64,000 nucleotides of DNA from Candidatus Levyibacteriota bacterium (GTDB lineage Bacteria; Patescibacteriota; Microgenomatia; Levybacterales; UBA12049). The stretch lies in the NCBI GenBank assembly GCA_016186625.1, contig JACPLG010000008.1, positions 147,142-211,141 on the forward strand. The letters run 5' to 3'. This document shows, piece by piece, positions 28,424-38,453 of this stretch. The first letter of the stretch is position 1. Each line of letters begins with the position of its first letter. The notes beneath the pieces are model-generated. The model made no database searches and was not told where the DNA came from. It saw nothing but the letters and a program-made list of their open reading frames with translations. A program made the position numbers and the translations under genes.

Positions 28424-31078
28424 TTAAGCAGATAATGCTTTTATGAAGGATTTTACTTTTTCGCTGGGAAGTGACTTAAATATATCCTGTATAAGAAGTA
28501 TTATAAATGCAGAAAAAAGCGGCAACAACCATAAGGCTGGAGATAAAGGAGCAGTGGAAAATACAGTCCTTGCCGGAGTATAAAGTATTAAAATTGTGGC
28601 GGAGATGGATAAAATTGATGCTATAAAAAGGTATTTATTTATGAAAAGCGAACGCGTAAGGACTCTTTTTCTGAAAGAGCGGAAGCTGTATGCGTTCACA
28701 ACCTCAAGAAGTATTATGGTAACCAGGGCTGAGGTTCTTGCAACATCGGTACTCTGGCCAAAAATATTAAAAGTTATGTAATAAACCAAAAGCGCCGAGA
28801 CTGCCATAAAGCTTCCTAAAAAAATGATTACTCCAATATGGAGCTTATTAAGAATTGACGATCTTTTTCTGGGAGGGTAAGTCATAATATCCCCCGAAGA
28901 CGGGTTTAGCCCCAGGGTGATAGCCGGCATATTGTCTGTAACTAAATTTAAAAATAATATCTGAAGCGCAAGAAGGACCGGCACCTCCCAACCAAGAATA
29001 GGAGAGAGGAGAACTCCGACAAAGATTATACTCAGCTCCGCAAAATTATCACAAAGCTGATAGGTCACAAATTTTCTTATGTTATTAAATATAGTCCTGC
29101 CTTCTCTTATGGCGCTTACTATGGTTGCGAAATTATCATCTTTGAGCGTTAGGTCGGCAACAGATCTTGTCACATCTGTTCCGTTTTTACCCATTGCAAC
29201 GCCTATATGAGCCTCCTTTAGCGCTGGGGCATCATTAACCCCGTCTCCTGTCATAGTTACTATTTCCCCGTTTTTCTTAAGAGAGCGGACAAGTCTTAGC
29301 TTATGTTCCGGATTCACTCTTGCAAATATGGCCGTATCCAAAACCGCGGATTTCAATTCCTCATCCGACATCTTATCAATTTGCTCTCCGGTTAATATGT
29401 TTCCCGTGATATCCACCTGTTTTCCTATGGCCTCAGCTGTCTCACTACTATCACCGGTAATCATTTTTACTTTTATTTGCGCTTTTCTGCAGATATCTAT
29501 TGATTCTTTTATTTCATCTCTGGGGGGATCTTCAAGTGCCACAATTCCTAAGAAAACAAGATTTTCTTCCGAATAGTCGGTGGCACTGCCATCATTTGGT
29601 TTGTACGCTATTGCAAGCGTTCTCAATGCTTTTTCCGAAAGTTGCGAGTTAATTCTAAGGATATCTTTTTTCCTTTCTTCGGTAAGTCCTACCTCTTGGC
29701 CATTTTCAATAGTTTTTTTGCATTTGCCGATAATTATTTCTGTTGCTCCTTTTGCGTAAACAAAATTTCCGCTCCCTTCTTTTATCAGAACCGACATCAT
29801 TTTCCTCTCAGGGCTAAACGGTGTTTCTTGTTTCCTTTCTGCATTAAAGCTGTCGGCAAAAATTCCCGCCTTAATACCAAGGATCAAAAGCGCACCCTCA
29901 GTTTGATTTCCCAAAACGCTATATTCATCCCCGTCTTTCTCCTTTTCTATCTTTGAGTCATTGCATAAAATTGATGCTCTTATAAGAAGGCTCAAATATT
30001 TATCATTTTTAATGTCAATACTATTATTGTTTTTTTCGATTCTGCCCTCAGATTTATATCCAACGCCGCTCACTAAATATATGTCTTTATCAATAATAAT
30101 TTTCCTTACTGTCATCTCTCCTACTGTGAGAGTGCCTGTTTTATCTGTACAGATAATGGTGGTTTCCCCAAGAGTTTCAATTATAGACATTCTGTTTACT
30201 ATGGCGTTTTGTTTTGCCATGCGCTGTGCTCCTACGGCAAGTGTTGTAATTAAAACCACAGGAAAACCTTCAGGAAAGGCCGAAACGGAAAGGGCAATAA
30301 TAAGTATGAGTATCTCGGTTATGTGTTCCGCGGATAATGACGGAACCCGCATAAGCATTATCGCGCCGGTTGCTAAAGAAATAGAAATTGCAATTCCCAC
30401 CATAACTTTTGAGATGCTGTTAACTTTATCTTGGAGCGGCAATTCTTTTTCTACGGTTGAAATAAGTCCCGCTATTTGACCGAATTTGGTATCCATACCG
30501 GTATGAATAACTTTGGCAAAACACTTTCCGTTTACGAGGAAAGAGCCCATATACAACATATTTTTCTTGTCGTATTTATCCTCGGAAAGAACTTCCCGTT
30601 TTTCTATATCAGCCGACTCACCGGTAAGCACAGCCTCATTAACCTCTACATCTTCCCCCTCAATTAGTATGCAGTCCGCGGGAATTTTTTCTCCGCTTCT
30701 TAGAACAAGAATATCTCCAACTACTATCTCTGTTGTTGAAATCTCTTTCTCCTCCCCGTTTCTTACAACAGCGGTTAAGGGAAGTATCATCTTTTTAAGA
30801 GCCGCTATTGCTTTTTCCGCTCTATATTCCTGTATAAACCCCGTTGATACAACCAAAAAAACAACACCCAATATAACTGCACCTGTTATTTGTTTTCCTA
30901 CGGCAAAAGAAATTATTGCAGCAGCCAAAAGAAGATAGAAAATAAAATTTTTTCTAATTTGCCTGAAAAGAATCCTAAAAGGAGAAGTCTTTGAAACTTC
31001 CTTTATTTCATTGGGACCGTATTCCTTGAGTCTTTTAGCAGCCTCTATATCTGATAGGCCTATGATTTCTTTCTTCAT
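28424..31078 (-). CDS. P-type ATPase, type IIA-like (Ca2+/cation transporting)
   Basis: ICTDKTGTLT phosphorylation motif, TGES, MITGD, GDGVNDAPAL and 10 TM segments. Confidence 0.9.
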   Translation of the reverse strand: MKKEIIGLSDIEAAKRLKEYGPNEIKEVSKTSPFRILFRQIRKNFIFYLLLAAAIISFAVGKQITGAVILGVVFLVVSTGFIQEYRAEKAIAALKKMILPLTAVVRNGEEKEISTTEIVVGDILVLRSGEKIPADCILIEGEDVEVNEAVLTGESADIEKREVLSEDKYDKKNMLYMGSFLVNGKCFAKVIHTGMDTKFGQIAGLISTVEKELPLQDKVNSISKVMVGIAISISLATGAIMLMRVPSLSAEHITEILILIIALSVSAFPEGFPVVLITTLAVGAQRMAKQNAIVNRMSIIETLGETTIICTDKTGTLTVGEMTVRKIIIDKDIYLVSGVGYKSEGRIEKNNNSIDIKNDKYLSLLIRASILCNDSKIEKEKDGDEYSVLGNQTEGALLILGIKAGIFADSFNAERKQETPFSPERKMMSVLIKEGSGNFVYAKGATEIIIGKCKKTIENGQEVGLTEERKKDILRINSQLSEKALRTLAIAYKPNDGSATDYSEENLVFLGIVALEDPPRDEIKESIDICRKAQIKVKMITGDSSETAEAIGKQVDITGNILTGEQIDKMSDEELKSAVLDTAIFARVNPEHKLRLVRSLKKNGEIVTMTGDGVNDAPALKEAHIGVAMGKNGTDVTRSVADLTLKDDNFATIVSAIREGRTIFNNIRKFVTYQLCDNFAELSIIFVGVLLSPILGWEVPVLLALQILFLNLVTDNMPAITLGLNPSSGDIMTYPPRKRSSILNKLHIGVIIFLGSFMAVSALLVYYITFNIFGQSTDVARTSALVTIILLEVVNAYSFRSFRKRVLTRSLFINKYLFIASILSISATILILYTPARTVFSTAPLSPALWLLPLFSAFIILLIQDIFKSLPSEKVKSFIKALSA

Positions 31079-31148
31079 CTATCTATCGTATATAAATACT
31101 GGGACTAAATTCAAGGTTAGTTTGATTTTTTTGCAGTTAGTAATACAC

Positions 31149-32201
31149 TTACCAATTTCTTAAGAAAAAGGAAGCTACAGTAAAATAAACAACAATGCTT
31201 AATATATCCCGAATTACAGTAGCAAGAGGACCCGATCCTATTGCAGGATCAACCTTAAATCTGTCAAATACAAGGGGCAGGATAATCCCAACAATAGAGG
31301 ATAAAATAATCGTAAGAATAAATGATACTGAGATAATTAAGGCAAGTGTTAGGTTTCCCCAAAAAATTTGGGATATAACACCCGCCGCAGCGCCAATAAT
31401 AACTCCAATCAAAATACTTATGGCCAGCTCACGCCACATATATTTCATGAATGAGAGGTTTTTATCAAGCACAAGGCTTCTTATTATGATTGTTTGCGAC
31501 TGAACTCCTACGGCATCTCCTATATAAACAACCGCAGGTAAAAAAGCTGTAAGCAAAATCATTTGCCTAATTAAAGAATCAAATCCGCTGACAATTATTG
31601 CAGCAAAAATTCCGCCAATCAGTCCAACAATTAACCATGGAAGTCTTACTTTTATGTGGTCTGATACCGATGCATCAATTAGCTTAATCTCAGGATTGTT
31701 AAGTCTTCCGATTCCAGCAGTGTAGAGCATGTCCTCAACATTTTCCTCATGTAAAATATTAAGTATAGTATCAGATGTAATAACACCTAAAAACTTACCA
31801 TCCTTATCAATTACCGGTACAGCTTTTATGTTGTTTTTTACGGCCAGTAGTGCAGCTTTCTCCTGCGGGGAATGACCTCTCACAGTGATTAAATCAGTTG
31901 TCATTATGCCGGACAGTCGTGTATCACTCGCGTTTCTGAATATTTCCTTAATCGAAACTATTCCTCTTAGGTTATTTTTTTCATTCAGGATGTATATATA
32001 ATTTACGGAGTCATACTGATCAATTTTTTCAGTACTGAGAAGTTTTTCCGCTTCTCCAACTGTTGTAGTTGAAGATACTGTTGGAACTTTGCTTGTAGCA
32101 ACAAGATTGGCCATTTTTTTACCAACAGCGCTCCTATCATTGTCCATGATTTTAGTATAACAAGTTTTTTGGTACACTAAATGTCTAAAAATTGATAGCA
32201 A
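31149..32201 (-). CDS. mgtE: Magnesium transporter MgtE (CBS pair plus MgtE TM domain; short N-terminus)
   Basis: Two CBS domains followed by five TM helices with a conserved acidic/Gly-rich pore region. Confidence 0.7.
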   Translation of the reverse strand: MLSIFRHLVYQKTCYTKIMDNDRSAVGKKMANLVATSKVPTVSSTTTVGEAEKLLSTEKIDQYDSVNYIYILNEKNNLRGIVSIKEIFRNASDTRLSGIMTTDLITVRGHSPQEKAALLAVKNNIKAVPVIDKDGKFLGVITSDTILNILHEENVEDMLYTAGIGRLNNPEIKLIDASVSDHIKVRLPWLIVGLIGGIFAAIIVSGFDSLIRQMILLTAFLPAVVYIGDAVGVQSQTIIIRSLVLDKNLSFMKYMWRELAISILIGVIIGAAAGVISQIFWGNLTLALIISVSFILTIILSSIVGIILPLVFDRFKVDPAIGSGPLATVIRDILSIVVYFTVASFFLRNW

Positions 32202-32207
32202 GTTCAG

Positions 32208-33209
32208 ATGGATTGTTATAATCGTTCTATGAAAAACGTTACTAAAAAAAGAGCTTCACTAAATAGAATTAATTATGCAGGAAGCTTAGAGCCTGTAGTC
32301 GAACGTCTAGGTAAATTTTTTAAAATAGGCCAAGTCCAGGATTACTTGGTGATTGATATAGGATATGGTGACTGCAACGTAATAGTTAAAACAAATAAAG
32401 GCAAGTTTCTCGCAAAAATCTTTCAAAAAGAAAGAACACAACAAAACATAGTCCGTTATGTAAAGATCATGCAAAAGGTTTTAGAAGCCGGTGTTAAACA
32501 CCCATTTTTAGTCAAAAATCAACTGGGGAAAATAATATTTTATGATAGACACTTTAGTGGATTAAAACTTGTCTTAATGGATTATATTGAAGGTAAAACA
32601 CTTTACGAGTTAAATCGTAAGCCTAATTCTAACGAACTTAAAAAAATTGTTGAGCAGACAGCTAAAATTAACAGTATTAGTTACCGACCAAGTTATATTT
32701 TTGATTCATGGGCTATACCAAATATAGGAAGAATTTTTAATAATACAAAAAAATTTATTGACAGAAGTGATTTACCGTTAATTGAAAGAGTTATTAAGAG
32801 ATTTAATATAATTCCCATTAACTTACTGCCGAAGTGTTTTGTACATGGAGATCTTACAAAGACCAATGTTTTAAAGTCTGATAATGGTGATATTTATATT
32901 TTAGATTTCTCCATTGCTAACTGGTATCCAAGAATACAAGAACTTGCAGTTATAATCACTAATCTCTTGTATGATGAGCATGAATCTAGCAATTTGAAAG
33001 AAAAATCCGAACTTATTATAAAAGAATATGGAAAATTTAAGCGGTTAACTACAGAAGAACATAAATGGTTATATGATTACTCCCTAGCAGCTTTAGCAAT
33101 GGAAATTTTAGGAGCGCTCCAGGAAAAGTATATAAATAATAATGACACAGAAGAAACAGACTATTTACTAAAACTTGGTAGAGTAAGCTTGCGAAGGGAA
33201 TTTAACTGA
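32208..33209 (+). CDS. Phosphotransferase (APH/choline-kinase-like protein kinase fold)
   Basis: Brenner motif CFVHGDLTKTNVL and DFS (IYILDFSIANW). Confidence 0.6.
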   Translation: MDCYNRSMKNVTKKRASLNRINYAGSLEPVVERLGKFFKIGQVQDYLVIDIGYGDCNVIVKTNKGKFLAKIFQKERTQQNIVRYVKIMQKVLEAGVKHPFLVKNQLGKIIFYDRHFSGLKLVLMDYIEGKTLYELNRKPNSNELKKIVEQTAKINSISYRPSYIFDSWAIPNIGRIFNNTKKFIDRSDLPLIERVIKRFNIIPINLLPKCFVHGDLTKTNVLKSDNGDIYILDFSIANWYPRIQELAVIITNLLYDEHESSNLKEKSELIIKEYGKFKRLTTEEHKWLYDYSLAALAMEILGALQEKYINNNDTEETDYLLKLGRVSLRREFN

Positions 33210-33240
33210 AATACCTCTGAATAGAGTCTTCTGCCTTACA

Positions 33241-33400
33241 GTACCGCGTAGGGGAGTTCCTTCGGCTCCGCTCAGGGTAAACTTCTCATCTCCCAGCACT
33301 TCGCCAAAACTCAGCTTGCACTGAGCCGATTCGGTCTGAGCGGGTTCGACGTCCTGAGCTCACCGTCGAAGGACTCACGGTCGAATGACTTGCCGAAGTG
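33241..33400. other. GC-rich (~55%) non-coding block; candidate structured RNA of unknown class. Its first 16 nt are an inverted copy of the tRNA-Glu 3' end
   Basis: No ORF. Strong composition contrast. Local hairpins GGAG-TTCCTTCGG-CTCC and CTCAG…CTGAG. GTACCGCGTAGGGGAG (33241-33256) is the reverse complement of tRNA-Glu 34452-34467. Confidence 0.25.
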
Positions 33401-33472
33401 TGAGCCGTGGGGGATTCGAACCCTCGACCAAGAGCTTAAAAGGCTCCTGCTCTACCACTGAGCTAACGGCCC
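33401..33472 (-). tRNA. tRNA-Lys (anticodon UUU)
   Basis: Manual fold of GGGCCGTTAGCTCAGTGGTAGAGCAGGAGCCTTTTAAGCTCTTGGTCGAGGGTTCGAATCCCCCACGGCTCA. Anticodon loop is CTTTTAA. Confidence 0.85.
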
Positions 33473-33672
33473 TAAACGGGACAAAACTATTATACTATTT
33501 TGAGCGCAAACTTGACAAGCTTAAGTATAAAGGAATATATTGCCTTTAAGATATAAACGGTCCTCCTGCTTTTGCCGTTCGCCTTTTCAGTTCTATTCGA
33601 ACACGGCTCACGGAGCAAGCTTTGAAGGACATAAGATACTCTAGAAACTCATAAATTCGTTAAGAGTTTCTA

Positions 33673-34353
33673 ATGAAAGGGGGTGATAAAATGCTAGAAG
33701 AGACGAGAAATGCCCTAATTAGCTCTCTTAATACAAATATACAAGCTGTTGTAAATTTTGTTCCCGGACTCATTGCAGGACTTCTGATACTTCTAATAGG
33801 AATCGTAATTGGATCTATTGCAAAACAGTTAATTTTAAGCGCAGCAAAATCACTAAGAATTGATACATATCTAAAAAGATATGGAGTCCCTGAGCTCCGA
33901 GAAAATTATACATGGAGCAATATTTTGGCTGAAATTACAAGGTGGTTTGTAATAATCGTATTCTTAATTCCAACAGCTGATGTTTGGAGACTTCCCAGAA
34001 TAGGTACACTTCTTAACGAATTGTTATTCTATCTCCCAAACGTATTTGTTGCAGTAATAATTGCTCTTGTTGGATTTGTCCTTTCACGACTTGCGCATGA
34101 CGTAATCCTTGCCTCCGTTAAAGGAATTACAAAAGAATCTGCCAATATGGTTGCAACATCTGCTCAATGGGTAATTAATGGATTCGTAATTCTGGCTGTC
34201 TTAAACCAACTGGGAGTAGCATCGGATTTAATTAGAATATTATTTACCGGAATTGTTGCCATGGTGGCACTAGCAGGAGGAATTGCGTTTGGTCTAGGCG
34301 GACAAGAGAACGCGAGAGACATTCTTGATGGCATCCGTAAAAGACTTAGGTAA
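33673..34353 (+). CDS. Conserved-TM-helix repeat membrane protein (mechanosensitive-channel-like helix repeats)
   Basis: Repeated amphipathic TM modules (…IAGLLILLIGIVIGSIAKQLIL… / …VIIALVGFVLSRLAHDVIL…). Confidence 0.4.
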   Translation: MKGGDKMLEETRNALISSLNTNIQAVVNFVPGLIAGLLILLIGIVIGSIAKQLILSAAKSLRIDTYLKRYGVPELRENYTWSNILAEITRWFVIIVFLIPTADVWRLPRIGTLLNELLFYLPNVFVAVIIALVGFVLSRLAHDVILASVKGITKESANMVATSAQWVINGFVILAVLNQLGVASDLIRILFTGIVAMVALAGGIAFGLGGQENARDILDGIRKRLR

Positions 34354-34392
34354 TTTGTTTGAAGCTACCGTTTTAGAGTATAATATGAGTGC

Positions 34393-34466
34393 GCCGCGTT
34401 CGTCTAGTGGTCTAGGACACCTGGTTTTCAGCCAGGGAATCAGGGGTTCGACTCCCCTACGCGGTA
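34393..34466 (+). tRNA. tRNA-Glu (anticodon UUC)
   Basis: Manual fold. Acceptor GCCGCGT/ACGCGGT, D-stem GTCT/AGGA, anticodon stem CCTGG/CCAGG with loop TTTTCAG, T-arm AGGGG-TTCGACT-CCCCT. Confidence 0.85.
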
Positions 34467-34515
34467 CTTAATCCTATAGTTTGATTAACTTCTGAGTTTT
34501 TGATAAAATTCATTC

Positions 34516-34893
34516 ATGAGTAATCCGGAAAATGTTTCAAATTTCCCGCCTTCAAAAGTTATGCCCATGCAAGATTTGAGGTCGGCTCTATGGAGTCATG
34601 ATGCAGATAGAGCAACACGGGCATTGGTGCAGCTGGATAGAGTTTTAGTCCCTGATTACGAAAGCGTACACAGAGAAAGACTACTAGACCCTTTGTTCAT
34701 TGACGAAGTTAGGGAAATGGTTGCTGAGTGCCTAGATTCTGCAAGAAGGCGAAAAAAGTTAGGATATCTATTTTTTCTCACAGATGCAACTTTTTCATCT
34801 ATTGTCTTAAGGACTAAAGGTACAAGGCTGAACCCGGTTTTATCGGATTTTTCATCAGAAAGCGTCAAATCAAGATGGGAGAAAATAGCATAA
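34516..34893 (+). CDS. Hypothetical protein (first gene of the island downstream of tRNA-Glu)
   Basis: ORF only. No recognisable motif. Confidence 0.3.
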   Translation: MSNPENVSNFPPSKVMPMQDLRSALWSHDADRATRALVQLDRVLVPDYESVHRERLLDPLFIDEVREMVAECLDSARRRKKLGYLFFLTDATFSSIVLRTKGTRLNPVLSDFSSESVKSRWEKIA

Positions 34894-34965
34894 ATATTGC
34901 GGGACTTATCCCGTCAGAGCAAGGAAAGGAGGTGAAAAGTTCAATATAGAAAATGATGGATTAGA

Positions 34966-35871
34966 TTGGGATTGTGCTATAATGCGCTCATGGCAAGAAG
35001 AGGAAGACCCAGAAAAACACCAATTAATCCTGTTGTGCCAGCCCAAACTCAGCAAACTTCTATTCCAACAGAAGCATTTCTGTATTTTCTAATCCCAGAT
35101 GGAAAATCAATTAATGCAGATTCTGTGAATAGTGTAAAAAATGCAATCAGATCCGCTACTCTAAAAAAACTAAACTTTGTGGTCCAATCTGGTGGTGGCG
35201 ATCTTTATTCCGCAGTTAAGGTAATTCGCATTTTGAGGACAAAATTTACAAATATAATTGGTGTAGTTCCCACAAAAGCCATGAGCGCTGCGACGTTAAT
35301 GCTTCTGGGAACTGACGAGATTTATATGAGTGAAGAATCGCAATTAGGTCCTTTAGATTTACTTATGGAGCACCCAGTTGATGGTAGTATCATATCGGCA
35401 GTAGATGTTGTAGATACCCTCAACCACTTATCATCTACTACCATGAATAATGCTGTTGAAATGTATGAAAAAATGAGAGATTTACCTAATGGGGAGATTA
35501 TTGGAAAAAACCATGCGATGAAATTTGCTCTTGAGTCTACTATCGAGATAATTAAGGAAATATCAGCACAAATAGATCCTTATCATCGACAGAAAGCATT
35601 AAGAAAGCTTAAAATTGCTCAATGGTATGCTTACGATCTCCTTAGAACTGGTATGATGAAAACAGGAGCGAATCCTATGCGAACTGCAATAACATTTGTT
35701 TATAGCTTTCCAGACCATAACTATGCTATTTTTAAGGAAGATGCCAGAGACATGCTCCAATTAATAATAAAAGATTCAACGAGTTATCCATTTTGGAACG
35801 ATGTATGTACGGAAACTGAAAATTTGCTTCGTGGAGCAAAAAAACCAATAATAAACTATATTGAAAAATAA
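34966..35871 (+). CDS. ClpP/crotonase-fold serine protease of the SDH (serine dehydrogenase proteinase, PF01972-like) type
   Basis: …LNFVVQSGGGDLYSAVKVIRILRTKF…VVPTKAMSAATLMLLGTDEIYMSEESQLGPLD matches the SDH_sah/ClpP-like active-site region. Confidence 0.5.
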   Translation: MGLCYNALMARRGRPRKTPINPVVPAQTQQTSIPTEAFLYFLIPDGKSINADSVNSVKNAIRSATLKKLNFVVQSGGGDLYSAVKVIRILRTKFTNIIGVVPTKAMSAATLMLLGTDEIYMSEESQLGPLDLLMEHPVDGSIISAVDVVDTLNHLSSTTMNNAVEMYEKMRDLPNGEIIGKNHAMKFALESTIEIIKEISAQIDPYHRQKALRKLKIAQWYAYDLLRTGMMKTGANPMRTAITFVYSFPDHNYAIFKEDARDMLQLIIKDSTSYPFWNDVCTETENLLRGAKKPIINYIEK

Positions 35872-36059
35872 AATGCTATTTAATTTTTTGGAAGATACTA
35901 ATAAAGAAAAAAAGAAAAAAGAAAAGAAATTGCCTATAAGTGCTGAAATTACGAAGGATGCAGATAGGGTAACAGCCAGAGAGTTAGATGAATTTTTTAG
36001 AGAAGGAAAGGGTTTGGATGATGAAAAAGAAAAAACTTCTGCCTAAAGACAAAAAACTT

Positions 36060-37060
36060 AAAAACTGGCTCAAACAGGGTGGTCGGGAGAACTCTAAAAA
36101 AGACTTCTTTACTTTACTAAAACGGGCTGTATCGCTTTAACTTCCGCCACTTGCTTTAATAATCTTTCAAACATCAATCCTAAATATAATCGGTTATTGT
36201 ATCTCCAAGTGTATTCGTCAATGTAAGCCTGTAAATACTTTTTGCTAACTTTTCTATAAACTCCGTATATTCCTCTTTTCAAGTGAGACCACAAGTTCTC
36301 AACGCTGTTTGTGTGAAATAAATGCTGTCTGACATATTCTTTATTGGAATGATTTACGGTGTAGTGTTTATCAAATCCATGCTCGTATAGGTTTTTATAT
36401 GAACCAAGCTCATCGGTCATTATATGGGCTTTAGGGTCTACGTTCTGTTTTATTTGATTGATTAAAGTCCACTTACCAGTATTAGGAATACGCTTTGCAA
36501 AAGCTGTTCCTTTTCTTTTAACTATACCCATTACAATTTCTTTCTCTTCTACTCCGCCGTGCCATTCATAAGCTCGGTTTTTTCCTTTACCGCCGATATA
36601 TGTTTCGTCTATTTCAACAATCCCGTCTAAAAGCGAGGGTTCTTGTACCATTAAGGTTCTTATTTGCTTAAACATACGCCATGCGGTCTTATAGGTAACG
36701 CCCAACAATCTCTCTAGCTGTTTGGCGGATATTCCGCTTCTAGTCTGAACTATAAGGTACATAGCAAAAAACCATAAGTCTAAAGGAGTCGTAGATTTCT
36801 CAAAGATTGTTCCTGCTAACGGATAGATTTGATAACCACAAAACTTACAAGCAAATGAGGTTCTGCCTGTTACTGGATAGAAAACTGATAGCCTTTTGCA
36901 AGAGGGGCAATCCATGTCATCGGGGTATTTGAGCTTTTTAATAGCTTCAAGGCACTTTTCGTGTGTACCATATTTCCATTTGAATTGTCGGAGGCTAAAT
37001 CTACTCGTCATTGAAGCTAGTATAGCATACTATTTACTTGTTGTCAAGGGATAAGTGCCA
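36060..37060 (-). mobile_element. IS1595-family insertion sequence (approximate; terminal inverted repeats not resolved)
   Basis: Single transposase ORF. Boundaries estimated from flanking non-coding sequence only. Confidence 0.4.
36109..37011 (-). CDS. IS1595-family transposase (N-terminal zinc ribbon plus ISXO2-like DDE domain)
   Basis: CPSCKR…CKFCGYQ zinc ribbon. …GIVEIDETYIGGKGKNRAYEWHGG… DDE_Tnp_IS1595 signature. Confidence 0.8.
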   Translation of the reverse strand: MTSRFSLRQFKWKYGTHEKCLEAIKKLKYPDDMDCPSCKRLSVFYPVTGRTSFACKFCGYQIYPLAGTIFEKSTTPLDLWFFAMYLIVQTRSGISAKQLERLLGVTYKTAWRMFKQIRTLMVQEPSLLDGIVEIDETYIGGKGKNRAYEWHGGVEEKEIVMGIVKRKGTAFAKRIPNTGKWTLINQIKQNVDPKAHIMTDELGSYKNLYEHGFDKHYTVNHSNKEYVRQHLFHTNSVENLWSHLKRGIYGVYRKVSKKYLQAYIDEYTWRYNNRLYLGLMFERLLKQVAEVKAIQPVLVK

Positions 37061-37160
37061 ATATTGCTATCTTTTGACATATTTTGCCCTATTGACTTGG
37101 CCTTAGATTATATGTACCATGTATTTTACCCTCTAATACGAAAGTATTAAAAGGCAGGAA

Positions 37161-37211
37161 GTCTGGAGCAATCCAGACCGCCCCGAAAAAGCCCCGCAAG
37201 GGGTTTTTTTG
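37161..37211 (+). terminator. Tandem hairpins GTCTGGAGCAATCCAGAC and CCCCGCAAGGGG followed by T7 (bidirectional terminator-like)
   Basis: Read directly. GNRA-like GCAA loop and a U-tract on the + strand. Confidence 0.5.
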
Positions 37212-37271
37212 ATGGGAAAATAGCAACTTTTTGTTTGTTCCAATTTTCTCTTTCAACTATAATTAGATGTC

Positions 37272-38426
37272 ATGAGAAAAATGTTTAGGTATTTCCTTAT
37301 TGTTTCATTGTTAACGATTGTTGGATTGATTAATCCTATAAATATTAAACACGCACAGGCAATCTACGATCCCCTATCAGTTCCCAACAACAAAATTGGA
37401 ATTCATATTTTGTTTCCTGACGAAATTGACAAAGCAAAAGAACTAATTAATTCAAACGGCGGTGACTGGGGTTATGTGGTTATTCCCATAAGATCTGATG
37501 ATAAAGATTTAGAAAAGTGGCAAAAGTTTATGGATAGGGCAGCGGAGCTTCATATAATTCCTATCATAAGAATTGCCACCCACGGAGATTTTTTTGAATT
37601 ATCATCTTGGAAAAAACCCCAAGACGCAGACATATTAGACTTTGCAAATTTTCTTGATTCGCTTGATTGGCCTGTAAAAAATAGATACGTAATAATTTTT
37701 AATGAAGTGAATAGGTCTGATGAGTGGGAAGGGGAAGCCAACCCTGGGGAGTATGCAAGATTACTTTCCTACGCGGTAATTGTCTTCAAAGCAAAAAACC
37801 CAGACTACTTTATTATTTCAGCAGGCCTTGATAATGCGGCCGAAACTGACGGGGAAACGTATAACCAATTTGATTTCCTGCGTAGTATGAATCAGGAAGT
37901 TGCGGGTATCTTTAACCAGATTGACGGGATATCTTCTCACTCATATCCCAATCCCGCCTTTTCTCAACCTCCCTCAGTCCTAACACCAAAAAGCATATCT
38001 AGCTTTCAGTATGAAATCTCATATATCAGAAAATTCACAAATAAAAGCTTACCAGTTTTTATTACTGAAACAGGTTGGGATCAGACTAAATTTTCCGATC
38101 AGGCCATTTCAAATTTTTTTAAAGAGGCTCTTTATGGAGTTTGGAGCGATCCTTCGGTTGTAACAGTTTCACCGTTTCTTCTTAAAGCGGGAGCAGGGCC
38201 CTTTGAGAAATTCTCTTTTATAAAAGATAGGGATATAGAGAATGGAATTTATAGATCTTTTTTGGAGATTCCTAAGACAAAAGGTATTCCAGGAGAGAGC
38301 ACAAGAAGCGCTATCTTGGGAAATGTTCAGGTTGACATTCCGATAAAGGATTTTTCAGATTCCAACAAAAAAAACAATGACAAAAGCATAAAAAAAGTAA
38401 TAAAGTGGTTTATTCTTGGATTCTAG
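37272..38426 (+). CDS. Secreted/membrane-anchored TIM-barrel glycoside hydrolase (clan GH-A-like)
   Basis: Signal/TM. Putative acid/base IIFNEVN and nucleophile VFITETGW motifs at the expected spacing. Confidence 0.4.
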   Translation: MRKMFRYFLIVSLLTIVGLINPINIKHAQAIYDPLSVPNNKIGIHILFPDEIDKAKELINSNGGDWGYVVIPIRSDDKDLEKWQKFMDRAAELHIIPIIRIATHGDFFELSSWKKPQDADILDFANFLDSLDWPVKNRYVIIFNEVNRSDEWEGEANPGEYARLLSYAVIVFKAKNPDYFIISAGLDNAAETDGETYNQFDFLRSMNQEVAGIFNQIDGISSHSYPNPAFSQPPSVLTPKSISSFQYEISYIRKFTNKSLPVFITETGWDQTKFSDQAISNFFKEALYGVWSDPSVVTVSPFLLKAGAGPFEKFSFIKDRDIENGIYRSFLEIPKTKGIPGESTRSAILGNVQVDIPIKDFSDSNKKNNDKSIKKVIKWFILGF

Positions 38427-38453
38427 CTGTGGTATAATTGTCTTTTCTTATTT

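Noticed and set aside
33241-33400. SRP (4.5S) RNA or tmRNA assignment for the GC-rich block
   Set aside because: There is a partial resemblance (GUUUACC…CCGAAGGAA) to SRP helix 8, but the conserved AGCAGC element and a tRNA-like acceptor pairing are missing. The block is left unclassified.
36060-37060. Terminal inverted repeats and target-site duplication of the IS1595 element
   Set aside because: No convincing matching ends could be found by eye. Boundaries are left approximate.
34470-37230. Calling the tRNA-Glu-adjacent island a prophage
   Set aside because: There are no integrase, capsid, terminase or tail genes. There is only a ClpP-like protease and an IS transposase.
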